Below are positions 18,468-27,069 of a stretch of 64,000 nucleotides of DNA, in pieces. Position 1 is the stretch's first letter. Each line of letters opens with the position of its first letter. The stretch comes from a candidate division FCPU426 bacterium (lineage in GTDB: Bacteria; Oederibacteriota; JAAXVQ01; JAUVAV01). Under the pieces are notes generated by a model. It was not told the origin of the DNA. It saw only the letters and a program-made list of their open reading frames with translations, and ran no database searches. The stretch lies in NCBI GenBank assembly GCA_040756875.1, contig JBFLYH010000001.1, forward strand, positions 896,001 to 960,000, written 5' to 3'. Position numbers and translations under genes: made by a program.

Positions 18468-19707
18468 CGCTCCATTCGTAAGTTCGAACGAAATCCTTCA
18501 CCCCGGCGAGCACCAGATACCGTTGGCCGGCGTAGTGCCGGCCGTACCAATCGCCCAGCAGGCCGAAGTCCGGGGTCACATCCGGCTGCTCGATCATGCT
18601 TTCCCGGATGGTTTCGATTTGTTCGTACTCGGCAAAGCTCACTTCCCTGCGGCTGTCCAGGGCCTGGTCTAAATGCGGTCCGGGCACAGCCGCTTTGGCC
18701 CCGGGGAGAATGCGGGCGCTGTAGAATTCGCCGATCGCTCCGGACCCGTAGGTGAAAAAGCCAATCCGGTCTCCGGGCGCAACCGGCGCGTCGCCGCTGA
18801 GCAGGCCGGCCAGGCCGATGAAATTGCTGGCGCCATAGGTGCTGCCCACCCGCTGGGCAAAACGCAGGGAGGGCCAAACCTTGGCCTGGAAACTTTCCTG
18901 GACCTCGGCTTTTTTCCTGGGCCGCGCCAGGTTGCACAAGGTGCGGTGCGCCTGGAAGGCCATGCCCGGGAACGGCATGTGGTAGATGTTGTATTGGAAG
19001 TGCCGGTCAAAATCCACGGCCTCGGCGAAAGACTCCCGGTAGTGCGCGTACGCCCCTTCCAGGGCGTCCATGTAGCTGTAGAGGCTGACCTCGTTGTTGC
19101 CGGATTCATGCTTCGCGGTCGGCCGGAACGTGTCATAAATGTCCGTGGTCCAGGAGCCTTTGTGCTCCAGCTCGTATTCCACGACCCTGGGGGTGTCGCT
19201 GACCAGCACCGCGGCCGCGGCCCCGCCCAGGACGAATTCGTGGTCTTTCCCGAAATGCGTCCGGCTGAAGTCCGCGGCGATCACCAGGGCTTTTTTCCCC
19301 CGGTTCAGGCCCGCGGCGATCCAATTGACCGCCGTGTCCAAAGCCGCCACGCCGCTGTAGCACGCGTGCTTGGTCTCGTAATTCCTCACGTTCGGCGGCA
19401 GGCGCAGGGCCCGGTGCAGGTTGGTGCTGATGGGCTTGCCGAAATCCACGGAGCCCTCGGTGCCCACGATCAGCAGGCCGATGGACCGGCGATCCTCCTC
19501 GGAAAGCATGGGCTCGGCCGCGTTGGCGGCCATGGTCACCGTGTCCTCATAGGGGGGGTTGAGGGAGCGGGTGCGGATCAGGTAATTGTTCACCACCTGC
19601 TCCGGGTCCTTGCCCCGGGCCCGGGCCAGCTCGGCCTGCTGCAGGCAGAGCGAGCAGCCGTAGAGATTGATCTTTTCGATGCCGACCCTTGTCATCTTAT
19701 ACCCCAT
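18436..19707 (-). CDS. HMG-CoA/ACP synthase, PksG-like (start may be 19695)
   Basis: GTEGSVDFGKP (catalytic Glu), KHACYSG (Cys), YHMPFPGM (His), GDRIGFFTYGSG. Confidence 0.92.
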   Translation of the reverse strand: MGYKMTRVGIEKINLYGCSLCLQQAELARARGKDPEQVVNNYLIRTRSLNPPYEDTVTMAANAAEPMLSEEDRRSIGLLIVGTEGSVDFGKPISTNLHRALRLPPNVRNYETKHACYSGVAALDTAVNWIAAGLNRGKKALVIAADFSRTHFGKDHEFVLGGAAAAVLVSDTPRVVEYELEHKGSWTTDIYDTFRPTAKHESGNNEVSLYSYMDALEGAYAHYRESFAEAVDFDRHFQYNIYHMPFPGMAFQAHRTLCNLARPRKKAEVQESFQAKVWPSLRFAQRVGSTYGASNFIGLAGLLSGDAPVAPGDRIGFFTYGSGAIGEFYSARILPGAKAAVPGPHLDQALDSRREVSFAEYEQIETIRESMIEQPDVTPDFGLLGDWYGRHYAGQRYLVLAGVKDFVRTYEWSDERGRDSVRG

Positions 19708-19733
19708 TCATAATGTATAGATATTCGCGACAT

Positions 19734-19761
19734 GTAGGGGCGTTCAATTGAACGCCCCTAC
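19734..19761. repeat. REP-like perfect palindrome
   Basis: GTAGGGGCGTTCAATTGAACGCCCCTAC, a 28-bp perfect inverted repeat with GTAG/CTAC ends. Confidence 0.8.
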
Positions 19762-19800
19762 GATCATGGCTCATCGAGACATCTTCGCGGCGGATCAACC

Positions 19801-20541
19801 TTACGGCGCGTAGGTCAGGCCGCCGGCCACGCGGATGACCTCGCCGTTGATGAACGCCGCTTCGTCCGAGATCAGGAAGTTCACCAGATTGGCGATGTCC
19901 TCGGGTGCGCCCACTTTTTTCTGCGGGCAATGCTGCAGCCAGAAAGCGCGCAGGCTCTCGGCCAAATTGTCCCGCGTGAGGTCCGTGGGCACATAGCCCA
20001 CGGTGACCACGTTCGCGGTCACGCCTTTGGAACCGTATTCCTTGGCCAGGGTCTGGGTCAGGCCGATCAGCCCCGCCTTGCTGGCCGCGTAATTGGCCTG
20101 CCCGCTGCAGCCGGCCTCGGCCAGGGAGGAAATATTCACGATCCGGCCCTTGCGGTTGGAGAGGAAATGCATGAGCAGGCCGCGGATCACGTAAAAGGGT
20201 CCGGTGAGGTTCGTGGCGATCACCTCGTCCCACTCCTCGTTGCTCATGAGCGCGGCGGCCTGGTTGCGAACCACAGCCGCGTTGTTCACCACCGCCCCCA
20301 CGTCCCCAAAATCCCCGAGCACGGTTTCGACGGTCTTTTCCACCTGATCCGCCTGCTTGACGTCCAGTGGGTAGGCCCGCACCACGGACCCCGGAGCGAG
20401 CGTCCGGGCCTGGGCCAGCGTCTCTTCGGCGGCCTTCGCGTTCTGCGCGTAGGTGAAGGCGCAGCCCAGGCCGGCCTTGGCCAGGCGGAGCACGATGGCC
20501 CTGCCGATTCCCCTGGACCCGCCGGTCACGAGCGCGTTCAT
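19801..20541 (-). CDS. 3-oxoacyl-ACP reductase, FabG-like
   Basis: TGGSRGIG, VNNAA, GRIVNISS, GQANYAASK. Confidence 0.92.
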   Translation of the reverse strand: MNALVTGGSRGIGRAIVLRLAKAGLGCAFTYAQNAKAAEETLAQARTLAPGSVVRAYPLDVKQADQVEKTVETVLGDFGDVGAVVNNAAVVRNQAAALMSNEEWDEVIATNLTGPFYVIRGLLMHFLSNRKGRIVNISSLAEAGCSGQANYAASKAGLIGLTQTLAKEYGSKGVTANVVTVGYVPTDLTRDNLAESLRAFWLQHCPQKKVGAPEDIANLVNFLISDEAAFINGEVIRVAGGLTYAP

Positions 20542-21839
20542 ATTTTCCCCTCCACCTTCGCGAGCAGGGCGCAACAGTTCAGGCCGCCGAAGCCGAAGGA
20601 ATTTTTAAGCAGGTAGCGGACCTCGTGGTCCTGGGCCTGGTTGGCGCAGACGTCGAGGTCGATTTCCGGGTCGAGCTCGTCCACGTTGATGGTGGGATGG
20701 AGCCGGTTGTGGTTCATCTGCAGCACCGCGCCGATGGTTTCCACGACGGGCGCGGACCAGCACACGTGGCCGAGCATGGATTTCGGGGCGTTGAGCTTGA
20801 GCCTGTAGGCGTGCGGCCCGAAAGCCGCCTTGATGGCCCGAATCTCCTCCAGGTCGCCCTGGGGCGTGCCCGTGGCGTGGCAATTGATGTAATCGATCTG
20901 CTCGGGCTTCACGCCGGTCGCAGCCAGGAGGTCCTTGATCAGCCGCTCCTGGCTCTCGGCCGACGGCGCCGGGAGGTGGTTGGCGTTGGCGTTGGCTTTC
21001 ACGGCCAGGACCTCGGCGTAAATGCGCGCGCCCCGCTGCCGGGCAGCCGAGAGCTCTTCCAGAATGAGCGTGCCGGCCCCGTGGGAGGGCACGAAGCCGC
21101 ACCGTTTCCGGTCAAAGGGCCGGGAAGCGGCGGCCGGGTTCTGCTGGTACTCGGGCTTGACCACCACGGAATCCAGGTACGCCATGGCGTGGATGTCCGC
21201 GGCCGTCATGTCGAAAACCGCGCCGGCGACGACCGCGCGTTCGCATTCGCCCGTCGCCACGTCCCGGAACCCCTCGCGCAGGGCGATGTTGCCGCTGGCG
21301 CAGGCCGCGCCCACGGTAAAGGCCGGACCGCGCGCGCCCAGGACCTCGGTAACCGAGGCGGCGATGTTGGGGTCCAGGGCCTCCACGCCGAAGAGCGGAT
21401 CGATGTACAGGGGTTCGGCCTTGAACTGCTCGGAATTTTTCAGGATGTACCGGGAATTGAAATTATGCCCGGCCACCAGCACGCTGGTCGCGAACGGGTC
21501 GGCCTCCAGTCCGAAGAGGCCGGCATCCAGCCAGGCGCCGAGGCTGCAGAGCAGGGTGAGGCGGTTGGAAAAGGTCGCGGTCTTGAACAGCTTGGCGGTT
21601 TTCTTGTGAATCAGGGGTGGAAGGGATCCTCCCAGGCGCTCCAAGGCCGCTTTGGCGTTATAGTCCCCCAGGTCGCCGCCGATCTTGCACTCCACCTGCG
21701 AGAGGTCCAGCGAGGTCCAGACCTTGACGCCCGAGACGCCCCGGAGCAGTTGATCGTAATACCCCGCCAGGGTGTCCCCCAGGGGATTGATGGTCGCCAT
21801 TCCGGTGATCACCACGCGTCTCTTTCCGCTCGCCGCCAC
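20538..21839 (-). CDS. Stand-alone beta-ketoacyl-ACP synthase, PksF-like position but Cys-bearing
   Basis: VGAACASG, SRPFD, CHATGT, KSMLGH, NSFGFGG; GTG start overlapping neighbours. Confidence 0.9.
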   Translation of the reverse strand: MAASGKRRVVITGMATINPLGDTLAGYYDQLLRGVSGVKVWTSLDLSQVECKIGGDLGDYNAKAALERLGGSLPPLIHKKTAKLFKTATFSNRLTLLCSLGAWLDAGLFGLEADPFATSVLVAGHNFNSRYILKNSEQFKAEPLYIDPLFGVEALDPNIAASVTEVLGARGPAFTVGAACASGNIALREGFRDVATGECERAVVAGAVFDMTAADIHAMAYLDSVVVKPEYQQNPAAASRPFDRKRCGFVPSHGAGTLILEELSAARQRGARIYAEVLAVKANANANHLPAPSAESQERLIKDLLAATGVKPEQIDYINCHATGTPQGDLEEIRAIKAAFGPHAYRLKLNAPKSMLGHVCWSAPVVETIGAVLQMNHNRLHPTINVDELDPEIDLDVCANQAQDHEVRYLLKNSFGFGGLNCCALLAKVEGKI

Positions 21840-21842
21840 GGC

Positions 21843-23099
21843 TCACCCTTTGAACTTCGAGATGACGACCGAGGCGTTCTGGCCGCCGAACCCGAAACTG
21901 TTGGAGAGAAAATGGCCGACCTCGGCCTCGCGCGCCTGATTGCGCACCACGTGCAGGTGGATCTCCGGATCCTGTTCGAACTGATTGATGGTCGGGTGGA
22001 TGATGCCCTTGTCCACGGCCAGCAGGCCGGCGATGGCCTCCACGCCGCCGCCGGCGCCAACCAGGTGCCCGATCATGGACTTGGTACTGTGCACCGGAAT
22101 GTCCGGCGTGTGCTCCCGGAACACCTTGCCGATGGCGCGGCTTTCCGACAAATCGCCCAACGGCGTCGAGGTTCCGTGGGCGTTGATGAGATCGATGTCA
22201 CCGGGTTCGAGGCGCGCGCTTTCCAAGGCCAGGTTCATGGCCTCGACGGCGCCCCGCCCTTCGGGATGGGGCGCGACCAGATCGTGCGCGTCGCAGGTGA
22301 AGCCCCAGCCCGACAGTTCGCCGTAGATGCGGGCGCCCCGCCGGCGGGCGTGTTCCAATTCCTCCAGGCACAGAACCCCTGCGCCTTCTCCCAAGACAAA
22401 GCCGTCGCGGTCCTTGTCGAACGGCCGGCTGGCGGTTTCGGGCGAATCATTCCGCTCGGACAAAGCCCGGATGACTCCGAACCCCGCGAAACCCATGGTG
22501 TTCACCACCGCTTCAGCTCCGCCGGCCAGCATCGCGTCCGCCTCGCCCAGCTTGATCATCATGGCCGCGAGGCCCAGGGCGTGGTTGCTGGAAGCGCAGG
22601 CCGAATTGACCGTGAAATTAGGGCCCTGAAGTCCGTATTCCGTGGCCAGATAACCCGCCGCAGTATTGGGGATCGTTCCCACCACGTAAAATGGCGAAAC
22701 CGATTCCATGCCTTTTTGCAGGACCGTGCTCACGTTCGCAAACTGCACGCCCACCCCGGCGTCCCCGGTCCCGATGACCGCGCCAAAGCGGCGGGGGGCC
22801 CGGGCCACCTCGAGCCCCGAGTCCCTGAGCGCCTGCGCGCCCGCGATCTGGCTGAAAACAATGAAGCGGTCCAGGCGCCGGATCATCTTCGGGTGGAGAA
22901 AATAGGGGGCCAGGTCAGGCAGGTCCACTTCCCCGCCGATCCTGACCGGGAACCCGTCCAGGTCCGTGTGCCGGGCCAAGCGGATTCCGGAGCGGCCCGC
23001 AGTCAAATTCTCCCAGAATTCACCGATCGTGTGGCCGAGGGGATTGACCGTTCCCAGGCCGGTAATCACCACTCGCGTGGCATAAGGATCACGCCGCAT
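21843..23099 (-). CDS. fabF: Beta-ketoacyl-ACP synthase II
   Basis: NSACASS, SRPFDKDRDGFVLGEG, AHGTST, KSMIGH, SNSFGFGG. Confidence 0.9.
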   Translation of the reverse strand: MRRDPYATRVVITGLGTVNPLGHTIGEFWENLTAGRSGIRLARHTDLDGFPVRIGGEVDLPDLAPYFLHPKMIRRLDRFIVFSQIAGAQALRDSGLEVARAPRRFGAVIGTGDAGVGVQFANVSTVLQKGMESVSPFYVVGTIPNTAAGYLATEYGLQGPNFTVNSACASSNHALGLAAMMIKLGEADAMLAGGAEAVVNTMGFAGFGVIRALSERNDSPETASRPFDKDRDGFVLGEGAGVLCLEELEHARRRGARIYGELSGWGFTCDAHDLVAPHPEGRGAVEAMNLALESARLEPGDIDLINAHGTSTPLGDLSESRAIGKVFREHTPDIPVHSTKSMIGHLVGAGGGVEAIAGLLAVDKGIIHPTINQFEQDPEIHLHVVRNQAREAEVGHFLSNSFGFGGQNASVVISKFKG

Positions 23100-23138
23100 A
23101 ACGTCCTGCCCTTCTTCATCAGCTTATTGCGCGGAAGT

Positions 23139-23167
23139 ATATTGCCTGCCGTGGGCAAACCTGTCAA
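23139..23167 (-). promoter_or_regulatory. Putative sigma70 promoter of the lipid/beta-branching operon
   Basis: TTGACA-N17-CAATAT on the minus strand, about 40 nt upstream of fabF. Confidence 0.45.
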
Positions 23168-23419
23168 GCTTTAAGCCCGGTTCAGCCCACCATCCCGCAA
23201 ACCTCCGGGAGCCGAAGCCCGGCCGAAGGTCTTGCAGAAGGATTAAGCATGGCGGCTCGCGGGTATTGCCCGCGGTCCCTTCTCTCGGAACCCAATAGCG
23301 GCGATATCCGCCGCTGGTTTCGTTCTGCTGGTGTGGTTTTTTTTAAAAAGCATAGGCGAGGAGTTCTCACCGTCTTTTAACTTTCCACCTGCGGCCCGCC
23401 TGAACCGCCGTTGCCTGGC

Positions 23420-23983
23420 TCAGTTTTTACCGGCTTTGCCGAGCAACGCCGTCCGTTTGGCGATATCCGCCGTGCCGATTGCGGCCAACCCGTTTTCCTT
23501 CGCCCGGCCGAGGGACGCCTCGAATGCCTCCGCCGTCACATGCCCTTTGGGTTCGATAAAAAGCAATCTTCCGCCGGGTTTCAACGCCTGGCCGATCTCC
23601 CTGAAAAATCTCCCGTCGTCCGGCACTTCGTGCACCACGGCGACCGCAAAAGCGAAATCGACCTTTCCCTGCAGATCCCCGATCCGCAAAGAATCCGCGG
23701 CGCACACGCGCAGTTCGATCCTGTCCGAAAGGCCCGCTTGGGCCGCACGCTTCTGCAGGCCGGCGATCATCCCGGCTTGCAGATCAACGCAAATCACCCT
23801 GCCTTGCGGACCAGCCAGGCGGGCGGCAGGCAGGCTGAAAAACCCCATGCCGCACCCAGGCTCCAGCACAGTCATTCCCGGTTTGATGTGCGCGCCCAAC
23901 AACCGCCTCGGATTGAGCGCCAGCTTCCTGAGCGGATTGACCAGCCACCATCCCATGCTTGCCGGAAAAACGCGTTCTGCCAT
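23420..23983 (-). CDS. Class I SAM-dependent methyltransferase
   Basis: VLEPGCGMG, VDLQ, VHEV..., LKPGGRLLFIEP. Confidence 0.9.
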   Translation of the reverse strand: MAERVFPASMGWWLVNPLRKLALNPRRLLGAHIKPGMTVLEPGCGMGFFSLPAARLAGPQGRVICVDLQAGMIAGLQKRAAQAGLSDRIELRVCAADSLRIGDLQGKVDFAFAVAVVHEVPDDGRFFREIGQALKPGGRLLFIEPKGHVTAEAFEASLGRAKENGLAAIGTADIAKRTALLGKAGKN

Positions 23984-24176
23984 CGCATCCCCCTTGGCCT
24001 TTGATAACGCAACCCCTTGCCCTCAATCCCGCGTCCGAGTGTATCCATTTGCTCCACCGCGGTCAAAAACCCATTGGTCTTTATCAAATCCCGACCCTGG
24101 CATCCCTATTATAACCAACCGAAGGCAGTTTGACAGCCGCCAACTCGTCCCAGGCGGTTTTCCAAGCATTTTGGGC

Positions 24177-24203
24177 CTAAAGTATCCGGTAATTTGCCGA
24201 TGC
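24177..24203 (+). promoter_or_regulatory. Possible sigma28 (FliA)-type promoter of the che operon
   Basis: CTAAAG...GCCGATGC; spacing is one nt short of TAAA-N15-GCCGATAA. Confidence 0.35.
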
Positions 24204-24261
24204 TATATCCAGTTGCTCTTTTGCGGATACATATATATTAAAGCAACCGAGGTCTCCCAGC

Positions 24262-26415
24262 ATGCTTCTGGATGAACTGGCGGCCGCTATTGTCGGGTTG
24301 GATTCCAACGACCCCCAGGAATTGAAACGCATTCAATCCCTGATCGCGCAATACCGGGGCGAATCCACGCGCACGGCGGCGGAACTGAAACTCACCGATC
24401 AGGCGCAGGCCGTAGTCAGCCGGTTGCTGGCAGGTTCAGCCAAGGACCTGGACGCCGCCCTCAAGGAATTGGGAGACTGTATATCCGAATTGCAGGAACC
24501 TCCGGCCGCGGCGCCGGCGGCCCCGGCCCCCGCCACCGAAGAAACCGGGCTCGAAAACGACCCCGAAATCCTCGCCGAATTCATATCCGATGCCACGGAC
24601 CATCTGCAAAACGCCGAATCCTCCCTGTTGGCTCTGGAAGCCGATCCCAATGACCAGGAGAATCTCAACAAAGTTTTTCGCGCTTTTCATTCCACCAAAG
24701 GCACGGCCAGCTTTCTGGGATTGAACGCCATCAAAGAACTGGCCCACAACGGGGAAATGCTCCTGGATCGGGCGCGGAAAAAGGAACTGGAACTCAAGGG
24801 GCGCTATGCGGATCTGGCGCTGGAAACCGCCGACACCCTTCAGTCCATGGTTAAAACCCTGGCCCAGACAACCGGCGGCGCGTCCGCGCTTCCTGCCAAT
24901 TACGATGACCTGATGCAGCGTTTGAGCGCTCCAGCCGACGCAGCCAAAACAGCCTCCGCGCCTGCGGCAGCCCCGGCTCCGGCCCCATCTGCAACTCCGA
25001 AACCTGCGGCCGCATCCCCCGCACCCACTCCGGCTCCGGCGACTCCGGCTCCACAACCCCAGCCCGAGCCGGCTGCCCCGGCTTCGGCCGCACCCGTTTT
25101 CGAAACGCGCCCGGCCGCTTCCCCGGTCCGGACCGCAAGTGGATCCGCACCGGCCCCTGCGTCCCCACCCCCGGCGGTTCCGGCCGCCGCGGACAAGGAA
25201 GCCGCCGCGAACAGCCAATCCATGGTTCCGACCGTGCGCGTGGCCACTGACAAGCTCGACGGGCTGATCAACCGGGTGGGCGAGCTGGTGATCATCCACG
25301 CCATGATTGCCCAATACGAGGACAAGCTCGGCGTCCGCAACCAGGGATGGTCCAGCAACATCCTCCAGCTCGAGCGCATCACCCGCGAGCTGCAGGACTT
25401 GAGCATGTCCCTGCGCATGGTGCCGCTCAAGCCCACTTTCCAAAAAATGGAGCGCCTGGTCAGGGACATGGCCCGGAAATCGGGCAAGGTCATCCGTTTC
25501 GTGACCGAAGGCGAGGACACGGAAATCGACCGCAACATGGTGGAAAGCCTGAACGACCCGCTGGTGCATATGATCCGCAATGCCATCGATCACGGCATCG
25601 AACCGCCGGACAAACGCCGGGCCGCCGGCAAGCCCGATGCGGGCACCTTGATCCTGCGCGCGTACCACGGCGCCGGCAGCGTGGTGATCGAAATGCGCGA
25701 CGATGGCCAAGGTTTGAACCGTTCGAGAATCCTCGCCAAGGCCGTGGAACGCAACCTGGTGGAGCCGAACCGCGAATTGACCGACGCCGAGGTCTTCAAG
25801 CTCATCTTCATGCCCGGTTTTTCCACCGCCGAAAAAGTCACGGACATCTCCGGCCGGGGCGTGGGCTTGGACGTGGTGAAGAAAAACATCGAAGCGCTCC
25901 AAGGCCGGGTTGAAATCAACTCGGTCCCGGGCAAAAGCACGGTCTTCACCATGCGCATTCCCCTCACGCTGGCGATCATCGAGGGCATGTTGCTGCAAGT
26001 CGGGGACCGCCAATACATCCTGCCCACCCTGAGCGTCCAGAAAGCCTTCCGTCCCGCGCGCGAGGATTTGCTGACGCTGACCGAGGAAGGCGAAATGGTG
26101 AAGGCGCGGGGGCATTTGCACCCCATTTACCGCCTGCATGAACTGTTCAATGTCAACAACGCCATCCAGGATCCGGCGGAAGCGCTGTTGATTCTGGTCG
26201 AACACGAAGGCGACATCTGCGCGCTCTTGGCGGATACGCTGGTCGGGCAGCAGCAGGTGGTGATCAAATCCATGCCCGACAACCTGGGCAAGGTCGCCGG
26301 AGTTTCCGGCGCCGCCATCTTGGGCGACGGCCGGATTGGGTTGATCCTGGACGTAGGCAGCATTATGCGTTTTGCCAGGGGAAAGACGTCCCTGATTCAA
26401 TTGGCAACGGTATAA
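24262..26415 (+). CDS. cheA: Chemotaxis histidine kinase CheA
   Basis: HPt FRAFHSTKG, HMIRNAIDHGIE, DDGQG, GFSTAEKVTDISGRGVGLDVV, C-terminal CheW domain. Confidence 0.97.
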   Translation: MLLDELAAAIVGLDSNDPQELKRIQSLIAQYRGESTRTAAELKLTDQAQAVVSRLLAGSAKDLDAALKELGDCISELQEPPAAAPAAPAPATEETGLENDPEILAEFISDATDHLQNAESSLLALEADPNDQENLNKVFRAFHSTKGTASFLGLNAIKELAHNGEMLLDRARKKELELKGRYADLALETADTLQSMVKTLAQTTGGASALPANYDDLMQRLSAPADAAKTASAPAAAPAPAPSATPKPAAASPAPTPAPATPAPQPQPEPAAPASAAPVFETRPAASPVRTASGSAPAPASPPPAVPAAADKEAAANSQSMVPTVRVATDKLDGLINRVGELVIIHAMIAQYEDKLGVRNQGWSSNILQLERITRELQDLSMSLRMVPLKPTFQKMERLVRDMARKSGKVIRFVTEGEDTEIDRNMVESLNDPLVHMIRNAIDHGIEPPDKRRAAGKPDAGTLILRAYHGAGSVVIEMRDDGQGLNRSRILAKAVERNLVEPNRELTDAEVFKLIFMPGFSTAEKVTDISGRGVGLDVVKKNIEALQGRVEINSVPGKSTVFTMRIPLTLAIIEGMLLQVGDRQYILPTLSVQKAFRPAREDLLTLTEEGEMVKARGHLHPIYRLHELFNVNNAIQDPAEALLILVEHEGDICALLADTLVGQQQVVIKSMPDNLGKVAGVSGAAILGDGRIGLILDVGSIMRFARGKTSLIQLATV

Positions 26416-26479
26416 GAGCCAGAGCGGCTCCGCCACTTCTTACCGCCTGCGCGTGCAGGCAAGAAAGGATGGAATCATC

Positions 26480-27007
26480 ATGACTTCCGTAGGAACGATC
26501 GCGAACCAAGCTGTTTCTTCCGCCGAATCCAAAACCCACGAGCTCGGAGGCAAATATTTGTCCTTCCGGCTGGCGGGCGAGGAATACGGCCTCGAAATCC
26601 TCAAAGTCAGGGAGATCATCGGCCTGATGGAAATCACCCCGGTCCCCTGCACGCCCTCGTTCGTGCTGGGTGTCATCAATCTCCGCGGCAAAGTGATCCC
26701 GGTCACGGACCTGCGCAGCAAATTCCGCATGGCTCCGGCGGAGCGGACCGGTCAAACCTGCATCATCGTCGTGGATATGGGGCTGCTGGAGATGGGGATC
26801 CTGGTCGACAGCGTATCAGAAGTCCGCAATATATCCAGCGAAGCGATCGAAGCGCCCCCGAATTTCGGGACCGAGGTCAAGACCGACTTCATCCTCGGCA
26901 TGGGCAAACTCGCGGATCGCGTTACCATCCTTTTGGACATCAACAAGATCCTGACATCCGAAGAAATCAACACGCTGCAACCTCTGAGCGCCAAAAAAGC
27001 CGCTTAG
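26480..27007 (+). CDS. cheW: Chemotaxis coupling protein CheW
   Basis: [24 protein letters not shown]. Confidence 0.95.
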   Translation: MTSVGTIANQAVSSAESKTHELGGKYLSFRLAGEEYGLEILKVREIIGLMEITPVPCTPSFVLGVINLRGKVIPVTDLRSKFRMAPAERTGQTCIIVVDMGLLEMGILVDSVSEVRNISSEAIEAPPNFGTEVKTDFILGMGKLADRVTILLDINKILTSEEINTLQPLSAKKAA

Positions 27008-27069
27008 GCCAGCAGCGCGAAATAAAGCGCCTATTAAAAAGGCGCCCGCGTGCATGGAGGAGGACTCCC

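Noticed and set aside
18436-19707. Mevalonate-pathway HMG-CoA synthase
   Set aside because: The motifs and the ECH1/ECH2/ACP context are PksG-like, and no HMG-CoA reductase or mevalonate kinases are adjacent.
20625-23174. 849-aa plus-strand ORF and similar long antisense ORFs (7690-9192, 24436-26436, 27678-31445)
   Set aside because: These are shadow ORFs of high-GC coding sequence opposite well-supported genes, with no recognisable motifs.
23180-23410. Riboswitch or small gene upstream of fabF (GGCGAGGAGTTCTCACC resembles a fluoride riboswitch start)
   Set aside because: The match is incomplete, it faces the wrong way for the operon, no pseudoknot partner was found, and the ORFs there lack recognisable features.
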